Shown: positions 28,778-38,630 of the stretch, in pieces
How the letters are laid out: each line of letters starts with the position of its first letter
How positions within the stretch are numbered: position 1 is the stretch's first letter
From: Bacteroidales bacterium
GTDB lineage: Bacteria > Bacteroidota > Bacteroidia > Bacteroidales > F082
Assembly: GCA_045648285.1 (NCBI GenBank)
Contig: JAZRNQ010000170.1
Location: forward strand, 1,450-65,449
Length of the DNA: 64,000 nucleotides
Direction: 5' to 3'
Made by a program: the position numbers and the translations under genes
Notes under the pieces: model-generated
What the model saw: only the letters and a program-made list of their open reading frames with translations
Told to the model about the DNA's origin: nothing
The model's database searches: none

Positions 28778-30904
28778 TTATATTGTTGCTTCTGAAATGA
28801 TTCTTGTTTTCCTCTTGATACTACCTTGTTGCTGTTTCTTGATGATTACCGGCAAATCCATCTCGTTGAAACAGATGTGCAATCCTATCGCCCTTGTCAT
28901 AAGCAAGTCGTCATGCTTGCCTGTTATCGCACCATACGAGCCGTTCTTTCTCTTCTCGTAGCACTGATATTCGAATATGCATCTTTCATCCCTCTCGACA
29001 TACATCCTATCTCTTATGACCTTGACAAGATTATGTATAATCATAGGTTTTGTCGCCGTGTTGGTATGAAATCCATATTTGACAGGAAGTTTCGCGCGAA
29101 TATCCTCTTCGGACCTTTTTCTTGCATACAATTCACCTGGATAGACATCAGCAATAAGATTGAGAATAAAGTGCGACATATCGCCTTCAACATTTCTTTC
29201 CTTATCGTGCGTCTCCAAAGTGTTAGACTCTATAACCAACAGAGAGTTGTTGTAATACGCAGCTATCTGCGCAGCTTTCCATGCGAGAAGGTCTATATCG
29301 GTATGTCCGTACCATTGTGCCACAACTGCAGGCTTGTCACCGTCCATCATGAACAGCCTGTCGAACACCACAATCACGGAGAAGTCCGCCTTGTTAGAAC
29401 GGCCTCCGACATCCACAACTGTAAGATAACGGTTCTTGCATAACACATCATCGAATACCTCAGGCTTTGACCATATATACAAAGGACCTTGACTATCTTC
29501 TTTGAAGCGTAGATTCTGAAACGCCTTCTTTCCATCGTCTCCATCGGCATACACATCGCCGATGTACTTAGGCTTCTTGCATGACGATTTCAGTTCTTCT
29601 ACCTGATATTTGTCGAATACCCGTGCGCCTGAGTGAACGAACGCTTCAACGTCATCAGATGGATATTCAGAAGCCATAAGGCCATGATCTGTGTATTTCC
29701 TGCGTTCATGAATATACCAGTTGATAGCTTCAAGCGTAGCACCTTTTTCCCACAGCCACCAGAGATATTTGCCAGACACCTCTCTTGAAGAAGGTTCGTG
29801 GTCGCTGTTCCTGTTACTGTACAAACGATGAGCGAACTGTTCTTTTTCTTTTTTGCTTATGAATGGCATTGAATATATGTCGATGTCAAACCAGCTAATG
29901 AATAATGCTTCAAACTGTGACTTGCCTTTCTTGGCATCGTCGTACTCGATATGAAAGAAGTTGCCAGCTCCATTAGCGGTGCTCTCATATACTATCATCG
30001 TATATGGCTTATATAAAATACCTGATGTAGCTGAGCGGACTATATCTTCAGGTTTCTTCCCATCCGTTTCCTTCCATATACCTACTTCGGAAAGATGCAC
30101 AAGGTTATAGTCACCGCCACGACACGAGTCTGGACGCTCAGCTGTGCCTATCTTAATCTTGCAGTTTCTCTGTGGTACCCTATGAGTGCTTCCTGACTTT
30201 CCGACAGATACAAGCTTCGGTTCGTTTTCATCATAAGTCTCATCAATCTTATACAACATATCTATAGGATACGCCTTGATCATCCTGTCAAACATATCCT
30301 TAATCTCGTCAGAACCTGTTCCCTGATGAGCGATGATAAGACTGTTAAGACCTACCTTATGAACGAGCTGAAGCCAAGCTATATAAATCTGTGATGTTGT
30401 TGAGCCACCCCACTGACGTGCTTTAAGAAGTATAAGACGAATAGGTTTGCCCGCCTTGCGCAATGCTTCAAGACGTTCAACAAATTTTCGTTGAGGACGT
30501 GTCAAACGAAATAGAACATCATCGCCACCGCCCTTGTTCTTGATATAGACAAAAAATGCTGCCCAGAAAGGAAAGTCATATCTGCATCTAAGCTTTATGA
30601 ACTGACAGACGACTTTTTCATATTCCTCGTCATAATTTTCTATGTAGAAATCCTCGTCCTTCGTACGTTCCTCCAGCTCTATCTCTTCCAACAGTCCCCT
30701 AACGGTTCCATGTTTGACGAGTTTTTTTACAAGAGGAATGTTCATCATCTCGACAGGAAGATATTGTTGGTGAATGGGAAAATCTTTAATGACTACCAGC
30801 TTCCTCTCTCCTATTGAGTTTTTACCTGTAATAGGACAGAAAGGCGCATTGATAACATCAAGCCTTTTTTCATTCTCTTTCAATATCTCGAACACCTTTG
30901 CCAT
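28778..30904 (-). CDS. terL: Terminase large subunit
   Basis: ORF 28778-30958. The likely start is MAKVFEIL at 30904. Walker-A-like LLKARQWGGSTTSQ, ATPase-type LIIAHQGTGSDE, and a C-terminal nuclease-type acidic strand VVDVGGRSNKADFSVIVVFD. Confidence 0.7.
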   Translation of the reverse strand: MAKVFEILKENEKRLDVINAPFCPITGKNSIGERKLVVIKDFPIHQQYLPVEMMNIPLVKKLVKHGTVRGLLEEIELEERTKDEDFYIENYDEEYEKVVCQFIKLRCRYDFPFWAAFFVYIKNKGGGDDVLFRLTRPQRKFVERLEALRKAGKPIRLILLKARQWGGSTTSQIYIAWLQLVHKVGLNSLIIAHQGTGSDEIKDMFDRMIKAYPIDMLYKIDETYDENEPKLVSVGKSGSTHRVPQRNCKIKIGTAERPDSCRGGDYNLVHLSEVGIWKETDGKKPEDIVRSATSGILYKPYTMIVYESTANGAGNFFHIEYDDAKKGKSQFEALFISWFDIDIYSMPFISKKEKEQFAHRLYSNRNSDHEPSSREVSGKYLWWLWEKGATLEAINWYIHERRKYTDHGLMASEYPSDDVEAFVHSGARVFDKYQVEELKSSCKKPKYIGDVYADGDDGKKAFQNLRFKEDSQGPLYIWSKPEVFDDVLCKNRYLTVVDVGGRSNKADFSVIVVFDRLFMMDGDKPAVVAQWYGHTDIDLLAWKAAQIAAYYNNSLLVIESNTLETHDKERNVEGDMSHFILNLIADVYPGELYARKRSEEDIRAKLPVKYGFHTNTATKPMIIHNLVKVIRDRMYVERDERCIFEYQCYEKRKNGSYGAITGKHDDLLMTRAIGLHICFNEMDLPVIIKKQQQGSIKRKTRIISEATI

Positions 30905-31386
30905 TATCTCTGAATAGGTTTGTTCAACAAAGCATAGAATAGGCCTAATACATAACAATACATATGTATCATTCCATTGGTATTAGGCAATAAGAATCCC
31001 AATGCGAGATAGAAAAGCATCCAAGACTGATAGTATGCCTTTCGCTGTACTTCAAACGATATTGAAGCAAACAGAAAGAATACGACACCCGACATTCCAA
31101 GTGTAGGGATATCGCTCAGCATAAACGAAGGCACCGAAACGGCAGCTAAATATGATAGATTTAATCTCAATATGCTAATGTCATAGAGAAATACCACACT
31201 CAACAAGCACCAGGCATTAAGTGAGGCATGTAGTATATTGGCATGAAAGAATGGATATAATAAACGTTCATAATATTCACATTCAGAATACGCCTCGACT
31301 TTATAATCGCTATTCAACAAAGAAGCGACAATAACCAACACCGCTATTACAATAGATGTAATCTTTTCATTCGTTCTCTTATCCAT
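30904..31386 (-). CDS. Compact rhomboid-family intramembrane serine protease
   Basis: 160 aa with about 6 predicted TM segments. TM2 FFHANILHASLNAW (HxxxN), TM4 TLGMSGVVFFLF (GxSG) and TM6 GMIHMYCYVLGLF (catalytic His). Its stop overlaps the terL ATG (TAATG). Confidence 0.65.
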   Translation of the reverse strand: MDKRTNEKITSIVIAVLVIVASLLNSDYKVEAYSECEYYERLLYPFFHANILHASLNAWCLLSVVFLYDISILRLNLSYLAAVSVPSFMLSDIPTLGMSGVVFFLFASISFEVQRKAYYQSWMLFYLALGFLLPNTNGMIHMYCYVLGLFYALLNKPIQR

Positions 31387-31781
31387 TGCTTTCTGTATTT
31401 GCTTATCATTACCTTGGCCGTTCCTGGCGATAGATAGAATTTAGGTGCTTCCTGATATATTGCCATAGTACATAGTTCTATCAACGTCTTGTTTGGATAT
31501 TGTCTCTTCAGAACCATGACACGACCATACAATTCTTGAAACATTTCTCTCTTTGTGGGCCACATAGTGTCAAGAACATCTTCCCCTCTAATCATGGCGG
31601 ACACTACCAGCGCACAGCGTGTTTCGCTTACCCAAAATCTTTTTGACGGTTTATCCACGATAGTTTTATAGAGTTCGGTCATACTGATATACTTGCATGA
31701 GTCAATGTATTCATCATGCGCTCTCATCAAGTCTCTGACACGCTCTTCTGAATATTCTATCTTGGTTCCTGGCTGTTTCAT
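31347..31781 (-). CDS. Hypothetical phage protein (small-terminase position)
   Basis: 144-aa ORF, first gene of the leftward packaging operon. No motif recognised; function suggested by position only. Confidence 0.45.
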   Translation of the reverse strand: MKQPGTKIEYSEERVRDLMRAHDEYIDSCKYISMTELYKTIVDKPSKRFWVSETRCALVVSAMIRGEDVLDTMWPTKREMFQELYGRVMVLKRQYPNKTLIELCTMAIYQEAPKFYLSPGTAKVMISKYRKQWIRERMKRLHLL

Positions 31782-31854
31782 CGCATTGTCATTTCTTTCA
31801 AAAATAATGGTTTTATGCGTTAAAAGATAAACCTATGGTATGCTTTGCCGTCTT

Positions 31855-31862
31855 TAATTTTG
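31855..31862 (+). promoter_or_regulatory. Candidate Bacteroides-type -7 promoter box (TAnnTTTG) for the head operon
   Basis: taattttg lies 38 nt upstream of the ATG at 31900, in the divergent intergenic region. Confidence 0.3.
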
Positions 31863-31899
31863 CTCTTGTTTCAAAATATAAACCAACAATTTAACAGTT

Positions 31900-32682
31900 A
31901 TGTCTGATATTAAAAAAGTTAAAAGTAACAGAGAGCTATACAATGAAAGATTGAAAGCTAAATATCCTGACAGAGAATTTGCTGACGACGAAGCAATCTT
32001 CGGTCAAATCAACGATGATTTTGCACATTACGAACAAGAATTATCCGGCTATCAGGAGAGAGAGAAATCACTTTCTGACCTTTTTTCTTCAAATCCAAGA
32101 AGTGCCGCATTCCTTATGGATTGGAGCAAAGGAGAAGATCCTATGATCAACATGATAAAAAAATACGGTGACGATTTCAAAGCTGCCCTTGAAGACCCTG
32201 AAAAACAAGATGCACTCGCCGCCGCAAGCAAGGAGTATGCAGAACGTATCGCTAAGGAAAAGGATTACGAGGAACAGTATAAAAAAAATATCACAGAAAC
32301 TCTTGTCATTATCGAAAATCTTCAGAAAGAAGAAAACATCAGCGACAATGAGATTGACGACTGTATTGGATTCCTTTCTGGTATCATGAAAGATGCTATC
32401 CTCGGCAAATACAGTAAAGAAAGCATACTTATGGCCCGCAAGGCTCTCAATCATGACATTGATGTAGAAACAGCAGACCGAGAGGGTGAAGTTCGTGGAA
32501 AGAATGCCAAGATTGAAGAGAAGCTTCGCAAGAACAGAAAGAACGACGGTACTGCTAACCTTTCAGGCAAGAACAACACCGGATCTAAACCTATGCCTGA
32601 CCTTGGAGCCATAGGACGCTACGGACAAGGATATGAAAACATCTGGGAACGTGGCGGAGAGAAACGAAAAAAATACAAATAA
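31900..32682 (+). CDS. Scaffolding protein (putative)
   Basis: 260 aa, highly charged and helical, immediately upstream of the capsid gene. Confidence 0.5.
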   Translation: MSDIKKVKSNRELYNERLKAKYPDREFADDEAIFGQINDDFAHYEQELSGYQEREKSLSDLFSSNPRSAAFLMDWSKGEDPMINMIKKYGDDFKAALEDPEKQDALAAASKEYAERIAKEKDYEEQYKKNITETLVIIENLQKEENISDNEIDDCIGFLSGIMKDAILGKYSKESILMARKALNHDIDVETADREGEVRGKNAKIEEKLRKNRKNDGTANLSGKNNTGSKPMPDLGAIGRYGQGYENIWERGGEKRKKYK

Positions 32683-32713
32683 TCCATTATCAACCAATTA
32701 AATTATTACAAAA

Positions 32714-34123
32714 ATGAAAAAAACATTCAAATTTCTTGGTCGCTTATTGCTGATGGTATTGGCATGTGCGACAGGTGCATCATCCGATGTGCTCATGGCT
32801 AACGCCACGGATTTACCAGATGCAGGTGTAATTGAAGCAGGCGCTGCTGGTACAGACGCTACTGCTGGTATAGCAACTGAAACAGCGGGACGAGACTACG
32901 GTGACCCCGACTTCTACCTTGAAGACGTTGACAAACGCATCGTAAAAATTAGACCGATGGCTACACCTATCGACCAGATCAGCCGATATGCGAAGTCGTC
33001 AGAAACCAAATCATTCGAAGTCAAGTACTATTCTGTTGGCACTCGCGAAATCACATGTACTACAACAGAAAAAATCGCAGCAATGACAAGCGGAGCAAGC
33101 ACCGTATTGCATATCAGTGATGAAAACATGTTCACCCTCGATGATACCATCAGAGTCGTAGGAATCAAGGGTATAACCAATTACAAAGGTAACGCTTACG
33201 AACCTTCAAAAGAAATAATTCCTGATTTGGTATTATGCGTTTGCGGCAAAGACCCTCAATCCAATAAACCTATTGTATTTGCAGTCAATGGCAACATGCT
33301 CAACGGACAGCCAATCGGCGTGCCAGAGATTCCAGCCGGTACAACATTAGTGCGCATGGGCAAGGCATGTGGTGAGCTTGATGCTCAGACTGGACGTTTC
33401 AATAGTCTTCCAACCTCAGAATTACAATACTGTCAAAACTTCATGATGCAAGTGGAACAATCTACACTAGACAAGATAGCTGCAAAAGAAGTCAACTGGG
33501 GATTCAGCGATATTGAAGAAGATGGCATCTATGACATGCGTATAGCCATGGAAAACTCATTCCTCTTCGGTGACATGAACAAAATCAAGCATACAACTAA
33601 AGACAACATGGCCCAATGGTTCACACGAGGCATCTGGTGGATGGCTGCAAAAGATATCGAAGTTGGAGTATTGGAGAATAACAAAGCTGTTATCACAGAC
33701 GACAATCTTGTTGACATCACAAAAGAATTATTCGTCGGCACAGGTATCGGCAACAAGAGAAAGATTTTATTCTGCGGTTCTGACATGCTTAGCGCATTCT
33801 CTAAAATAAAATCAGAAAAATTCAGACTTAAAGATAGTGTGGACGTTTGGCACCTCAAGTTTAAATCATGGGACACAGACTTCGGTGAAGTCCTTACAAT
33901 CCACCACGAATTGTTCGATCTTAATGGTATGAGCGATTGCGGATTCGCTATGGACCCTGATTACCTCTCAAAGAAAACACACGTGTCATGGTCAAGAAGC
34001 ATGTTGGACTTGAAAACTGCAGGTATCAGAATGACAGAAGCTGCTGTTATCAGAGAAATTTCATGCTTGTATTTGCGTAACGCAAAAGCACATGCACGTA
34101 TGAAACTCGTTCAAGCAGCTTAA
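32714..34123 (+). CDS. Major capsid protein (putative, HK97-fold type)
   Basis: 469 aa, follows the scaffold gene and precedes a strong terminator. The N-terminal 27 aa look like a signal or lipoprotein peptide (an alternative start, MANATD, lies at 32795). Confidence 0.55.
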   Translation: MKKTFKFLGRLLLMVLACATGASSDVLMANATDLPDAGVIEAGAAGTDATAGIATETAGRDYGDPDFYLEDVDKRIVKIRPMATPIDQISRYAKSSETKSFEVKYYSVGTREITCTTTEKIAAMTSGASTVLHISDENMFTLDDTIRVVGIKGITNYKGNAYEPSKEIIPDLVLCVCGKDPQSNKPIVFAVNGNMLNGQPIGVPEIPAGTTLVRMGKACGELDAQTGRFNSLPTSELQYCQNFMMQVEQSTLDKIAAKEVNWGFSDIEEDGIYDMRIAMENSFLFGDMNKIKHTTKDNMAQWFTRGIWWMAAKDIEVGVLENNKAVITDDNLVDITKELFVGTGIGNKRKILFCGSDMLSAFSKIKSEKFRLKDSVDVWHLKFKSWDTDFGEVLTIHHELFDLNGMSDCGFAMDPDYLSKKTHVSWSRSMLDLKTAGIRMTEAAVIREISCLYLRNAKAHARMKLVQAA

Positions 34124-34145
34124 CATCAATAGATTCAACAAAGAC

Positions 34146-34181
34146 AAAGGGATGGGAATTTTGAAATCCCTTCCCTTTTTT
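34146..34181 (+). terminator. Rho-independent terminator after the capsid gene
   Basis: aaagggatggga / tcccttcccttt stem (one T-T mismatch) followed by a T-run. Confidence 0.55.
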
Positions 34182-34200
34182 CATATAAAAACACATAACC

Positions 34201-34767
34201 ATGACAACAAAAACATACAAATCACCATCAAATATAGCCATCAACGTCGTGTTGTCTAACGGCAGCAACCTGCTGGTTTCTTTCTCTTCTAAGACTATAG
34301 GAGGAAGCATATTCACGACATCTAACGAAGAAGTCCAACAGGCTATTGAAAGACATTATAACTACAACAAGTTATTTTTCTTGGAAAGAACTGTGATTAC
34401 AGAAGACAAGGTTTCAAAAACAAAAAAGAATACCCCTGTTAATACTGTTAATAAAGAATCTGCTAAATCGGAAAACATCAACAACGATGAACCGAAAGAA
34501 GACAATTCTGAATCTACAGAAGAAGAAACAGATAAAGATGAGGAATTGACTGTTGAAGAGGATAATGAAGAAACTGAAGCTACAGAAGAAGTTGCCGAAA
34601 GCGATGTCATTACAGACGGGATGACCGAAGTAGAGATTTCAGATTTGGTAAGTGCCAGAGAATATCTCAACGAGAATTTCGGCATTGCAAAACAGAAAAT
34701 TTTGTCGAAGGCAAGCATCATAGAAGCTGCCAGAGCATATAATATCGTATTTGTAGGACTGTCATAA
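34201..34767 (+). CDS. Highly acidic phage protein (head decoration or accessory?)
   Basis: 188 aa with a central Glu/Asp-rich tract, DEPKEDNSESTEEETDKDEELTVEEDNEETEATEEVAESD. Confidence 0.5.
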   Translation: MTTKTYKSPSNIAINVVLSNGSNLLVSFSSKTIGGSIFTTSNEEVQQAIERHYNYNKLFFLERTVITEDKVSKTKKNTPVNTVNKESAKSENINNDEPKEDNSESTEEETDKDEELTVEEDNEETEATEEVAESDVITDGMTEVEISDLVSAREYLNENFGIAKQKILSKASIIEAARAYNIVFVGLS

Positions 34768-34778
34768 AACTTAGCATT

Positions 34779-35417
34779 ATGGCAACCTACCAAATCGATA
34801 AAATATTAGAAGACGTCAGAGTGTCGCTTGATATGAATCAGACCAGCGATGCTCTGATTGACTTTAATGATGAAAGCACACTTTCAATCAACGATATAAT
34901 CAAATCCAAGATTATAGAAGCTGTCAAACGTGTACATATCACAGCGCCTCCACACCTGCTTGATTTCGGAAATCATTTCGCTAATTCCATCACTTGGAAT
35001 CCAAATGGCAAAAGCGGATGGACAATCCTGCCTGATGACTTCATGAGACTGATAGTATTTGAGATGAGCGACTGGGAAAGACCATGCTTTGAAGCTATAG
35101 GCACGGATGAACCTAAATACAGGCTTGTACGTTCAAAATATCCTGTCATTGGAACACCTCAAAAACCGATAGTAGCGATAACAATCGGACCTAACGGCAA
35201 GATGCTGGAGTTCTATTCCTGTAAGGACGACAGTGCAACTGTAAACAAAGCTGTTTATCTGCCTTATCCCGTAATTGATGAATTTGACAGCATAGAGATT
35301 TCCCAAAGATGTTATGAAAGTGCTGTTTACATAATCGCCGCATTAGTCCTCGCCGCATTAGGCGAGAACGATAAAAGCGCACAATTCAATGAATTAGCCA
35401 AAACTAACTTAATATAA
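34779..35417 (+). CDS. Hypothetical structural protein (head-tail region)
   Basis: 212-aa ORF, tightly packed between the head genes and the fibre gene. Confidence 0.5.
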   Translation: MATYQIDKILEDVRVSLDMNQTSDALIDFNDESTLSINDIIKSKIIEAVKRVHITAPPHLLDFGNHFANSITWNPNGKSGWTILPDDFMRLIVFEMSDWERPCFEAIGTDEPKYRLVRSKYPVIGTPQKPIVAITIGPNGKMLEFYSCKDDSATVNKAVYLPYPVIDEFDSIEISQRCYESAVYIIAALVLAALGENDKSAQFNELAKTNLI

Positions 35418-35424
35418 ACTAATT

Positions 35425-38400
35425 ATGGCAAACGACACAACAAACAACGGATATAAAAACACACATTTCCCTGGTGATGTCAGTGTGTCCCGAAATGTTA
35501 ATATCGGCGGAACTCTTACACAGCAAGGGAGTGCACATATCAAAGGAAGCGTTAAAATTGACGGATGGCTTGATGCAAAGAATATCAAAGGTGATTTAGT
35601 CAATAAAGGTTTGTTTGAGAATAAGGAAAGACTGAAAAAAGCACTTCCTAAACCAAAATCGGGGTGGTATGCTCTGGTGCTTGATCATTCTGATGATAAA
35701 GCAGTGTTCAAACCTAAAATCTATTTGGCAAAGTCTGGAGAATGGTGCTCCACTGAGCAATACTTTGATGGTATATATATAGACTACGATTATTATGATG
35801 AAAAGTTAAAATCGCTGGGATACACTTTTTTAGATGACGCAACACCGACAACTAAACCTCAGCCTATCACCACAGACAGCAAGGTGTTCTACATCGCCAC
35901 AGAAGAAGGTGAGTATTCAAATTTCGGCTTGGGAAATATCAGCGAATTATCTATTATCAAGAGCGACGGAGGTACTTGGAAGACTGAGGGATTGGGAGTG
36001 CCACTTAATCTTTTTGAATCAGTATTAAAATCGAGTCAAACATATTATACGACCGACAATGACGCAGGAATAATGTCTAACTTTAATCAATCAACAAACG
36101 AAAGTTCTGTTATAAGCACATCTGGTCTTGGCTATTGGGGTGTTATTGCTAATTTCAACAAGCCAATAACTATACACTCAGCACTTTCAGTAGCGACATT
36201 TAGTTCTATGCCTAAAGTTGGTGCTCAAGATTTACGTTACATTAGACCAAATGGAAGTACAATTATTCTATCTCCAGAAGAAAATGAAAATTACATACTA
36301 ATAACTATTGATAGTAAATTCAAGGCAATAATTGTTGAAACAGAGAATCTAGATAAGCGCATTACTAATATTGAAGAAAGTTTAGCAAGTTATACTAACC
36401 TTGCTCCTGATTTAAGAAATGGGATTTATAAATTGGTAAATAGTGGTCTTGTGTTTGCATCATCTGATTCATATAAGACAATACAAGTGGATGTTAATTC
36501 TGGTGATACTTACTTATATAGAGCTGTTCTCGCCGAAACATCAGACATAGCAGCTGTTTGTTTTACAAATGATAATTCGGAAATAATAGCTCCTCTATAC
36601 AGAGTTTCCACTGCTAATAAAGGGAACATCGCAAAGGGTGTCGTTAAAGTTCCGGAAGGTGTGACAAAAATTACTTTCACAACAACTGTTAATGACGACA
36701 ATCCTATTTTTGCAAAAATAGACGGTCTTCTGAATGTTCAGGAAGAATTAAATAAAATTCAAAAGAATATAGACAATTATGAACCTATATTAGATGTTAT
36801 TGACGTTAAATCAAAGAATCTGTATAATGGAAAATATATTGATGCTTTAATTAACACTGGAGGCGGCATACAGTATATCGACAACTATGCTACAACAGAA
36901 CTGATACCTATACTTCCTAATCATTATTATTATCTTAGCGGCCGTAATAAAACCACAACTACTTCCATACGATGCGTTGATGCGGAAGGCAAGAGCTTGA
37001 AAGTGTTAGCTGCAGCAACAGGAGAAGAATATAGTCAATATTATTATATGCCTAACGCCACTGCGACAGGCGCACAGTCAAATGGACAGTTCAAGACCCC
37101 AAATGACGCAGTTGCTGTGCAATTCATAATAAAGTCACCGAATACAAATTCCGATGCATTCAATAACGTAATGCTAGAAGATGTCGGAGTTGAATATGAC
37201 CCTACATTCGAGCCATCGCCTTATGAGCCTTATGAGCTGAAGGCTTTTATCAAAGAAGATGCGTTGCCAGAAGAAGTTATTGAAAACATAACAGGACAAA
37301 ATAAGCGCAAAGCTCCAAGAATATTGCTTATAGGCTCATCGCATGGCATGAACACTATTAGTCAAGTTCCATGGATGTTTTATCGCAACGGCTATGACGA
37401 AGTATATGTAGGCAATGTTTACTTGGGTAGTTTTATGATTCAAGAGCTTGCGCAACGTATAGCATTAGGGCAGTCTCTATCTTATCAAGCGTTCAAAGAT
37501 GGAGCTTGGGGCAAGGACAGAGGAAATTTAGTAATGAATGATTTGCTCAATAAAGAATGGGATGTTATAATATTACAACGTTCAGCCAACACTTGCCAGA
37601 AATGGGGTGTCGCAGAATCCACATCATTCGGTTATGTTGTTGATTATATCACCAGTTATGTTAAAGAGACCAAATTGAAAACACCGAGAATACTCTTTAA
37701 TTCTGGATTTTCTGATGGCAAGGCCAACACAACAGAACAGATAATGTCAACTGCGCTTCAGTGTAAAGATGAATACGGCGTGGAAATAATACCTAACGCT
37801 TACGCATTAGCTAACGCAAGAAACACTTGGATGAAGAGTATCGGCACTACAGGGTATCTATGTTACGACAAGCAACACCTTGACTATGGAATAGGATGTT
37901 GGCTTGCTGGCGCAACGCTATACGAAGCGGTCATGAGACCCTTGGGAGAATCTATAGAATGCGTAAGCGGCTATGGCACACAGCAGGAGCAGTATGTATT
38001 TACAACAGCGGCAAATGCAGAAAATTATACAGAACCTACCGAGAAAATGATAAGAGTAGCCAAGGATTGTGTTCTAGCAGCTTTTAATGCAAACGAACTT
38101 AATACCGAATTGGAAACCAAGTATAAATACAAAAACCAAGTCAAGGTGTTCCCTGGATGGGCTAACATAGAAGGTCCTGATGCAAATACTAAGTGTATTC
38201 CTGACAATGGCGCATATAGCATCACATTCAGTATATGGAGTGGTTCTTATATCGACGATACAAAAGCGCAACCAGTGATAGTAAAAATGGGTGATGCTGA
38301 TATTACCGATACAGCCTATACTGTTAATAGCGATAATAGAGGTGGTACAATCAGCATTTCCAATGTAACAGATGATATTGTAGTAATTATACAAACAACA

Positions 38401-38430
38401 AGGGATGACCCAAACAACCATCCTGCATAA
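35425..38430 (+). CDS. Tail fibre/spike protein with C-terminal-half SGNH/DUF4886-like esterase domain
   Basis: 1001 aa with an N-terminal fibre-anchor-like segment. Residues encoded at about 37318-37960 read RILLIGSSHG...WDVIILQRSANT...IIPNAYALANARNT...CYDKQHLDYGIGCWLAGATLYEAV (Ser block plus DxxH block of SGNH/DUF4886). Confidence 0.6.
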   Translation: MANDTTNNGYKNTHFPGDVSVSRNVNIGGTLTQQGSAHIKGSVKIDGWLDAKNIKGDLVNKGLFENKERLKKALPKPKSGWYALVLDHSDDKAVFKPKIYLAKSGEWCSTEQYFDGIYIDYDYYDEKLKSLGYTFLDDATPTTKPQPITTDSKVFYIATEEGEYSNFGLGNISELSIIKSDGGTWKTEGLGVPLNLFESVLKSSQTYYTTDNDAGIMSNFNQSTNESSVISTSGLGYWGVIANFNKPITIHSALSVATFSSMPKVGAQDLRYIRPNGSTIILSPEENENYILITIDSKFKAIIVETENLDKRITNIEESLASYTNLAPDLRNGIYKLVNSGLVFASSDSYKTIQVDVNSGDTYLYRAVLAETSDIAAVCFTNDNSEIIAPLYRVSTANKGNIAKGVVKVPEGVTKITFTTTVNDDNPIFAKIDGLLNVQEELNKIQKNIDNYEPILDVIDVKSKNLYNGKYIDALINTGGGIQYIDNYATTELIPILPNHYYYLSGRNKTTTTSIRCVDAEGKSLKVLAAATGEEYSQYYYMPNATATGAQSNGQFKTPNDAVAVQFIIKSPNTNSDAFNNVMLEDVGVEYDPTFEPSPYEPYELKAFIKEDALPEEVIENITGQNKRKAPRILLIGSSHGMNTISQVPWMFYRNGYDEVYVGNVYLGSFMIQELAQRIALGQSLSYQAFKDGAWGKDRGNLVMNDLLNKEWDVIILQRSANTCQKWGVAESTSFGYVVDYITSYVKETKLKTPRILFNSGFSDGKANTTEQIMSTALQCKDEYGVEIIPNAYALANARNTWMKSIGTTGYLCYDKQHLDYGIGCWLAGATLYEAVMRPLGESIECVSGYGTQQEQYVFTTAANAENYTEPTEKMIRVAKDCVLAAFNANELNTELETKYKYKNQVKVFPGWANIEGPDANTKCIPDNGAYSITFSIWSGSYIDDTKAQPVIVKMGDADITDTAYTVNSDNRGGTISISNVTDDIVVIIQTTRDDPNNHPA

Positions 38431-38593
38431 TGAACCTCCACCTTAATACCACCTAAGACATCGGGCATGGAGTGACAATCATCTTCATGTGCTTCATGCT
38501 CGTCGCCTTTATTAAAAAGGCATAATTCGTTTTTAAATTTTTGATTTTGTGATATAAATAAAAAGATAAAACTTCAATATCAAATTAAGCTAA

Positions 38594-38601
38594 TATTTTT
38601 G
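38594..38601 (+). promoter_or_regulatory. Candidate -7 box (TAnnTTTG) ahead of the lysis cassette
   Basis: tatttttg lies 30 nt upstream of the ATG at 38631, within a 200-bp AT-rich gap. Confidence 0.3.
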
Positions 38602-38630
38602 CATTTAACCAATAATTATAAAATTATAAA

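Noticed and set aside
28826-29443. 205-aa plus-strand ORF
   Set aside because: It is antisense to the terminase large subunit gene, which has ATPase and nuclease motifs.
38503-38535. Weak hairpin gccttt-attaa-aaaggc after the fibre gene, as a possible terminator
   Set aside because: The stem is only 6 bp and AT-rich, and the T-run is interrupted. That is too weak to call.
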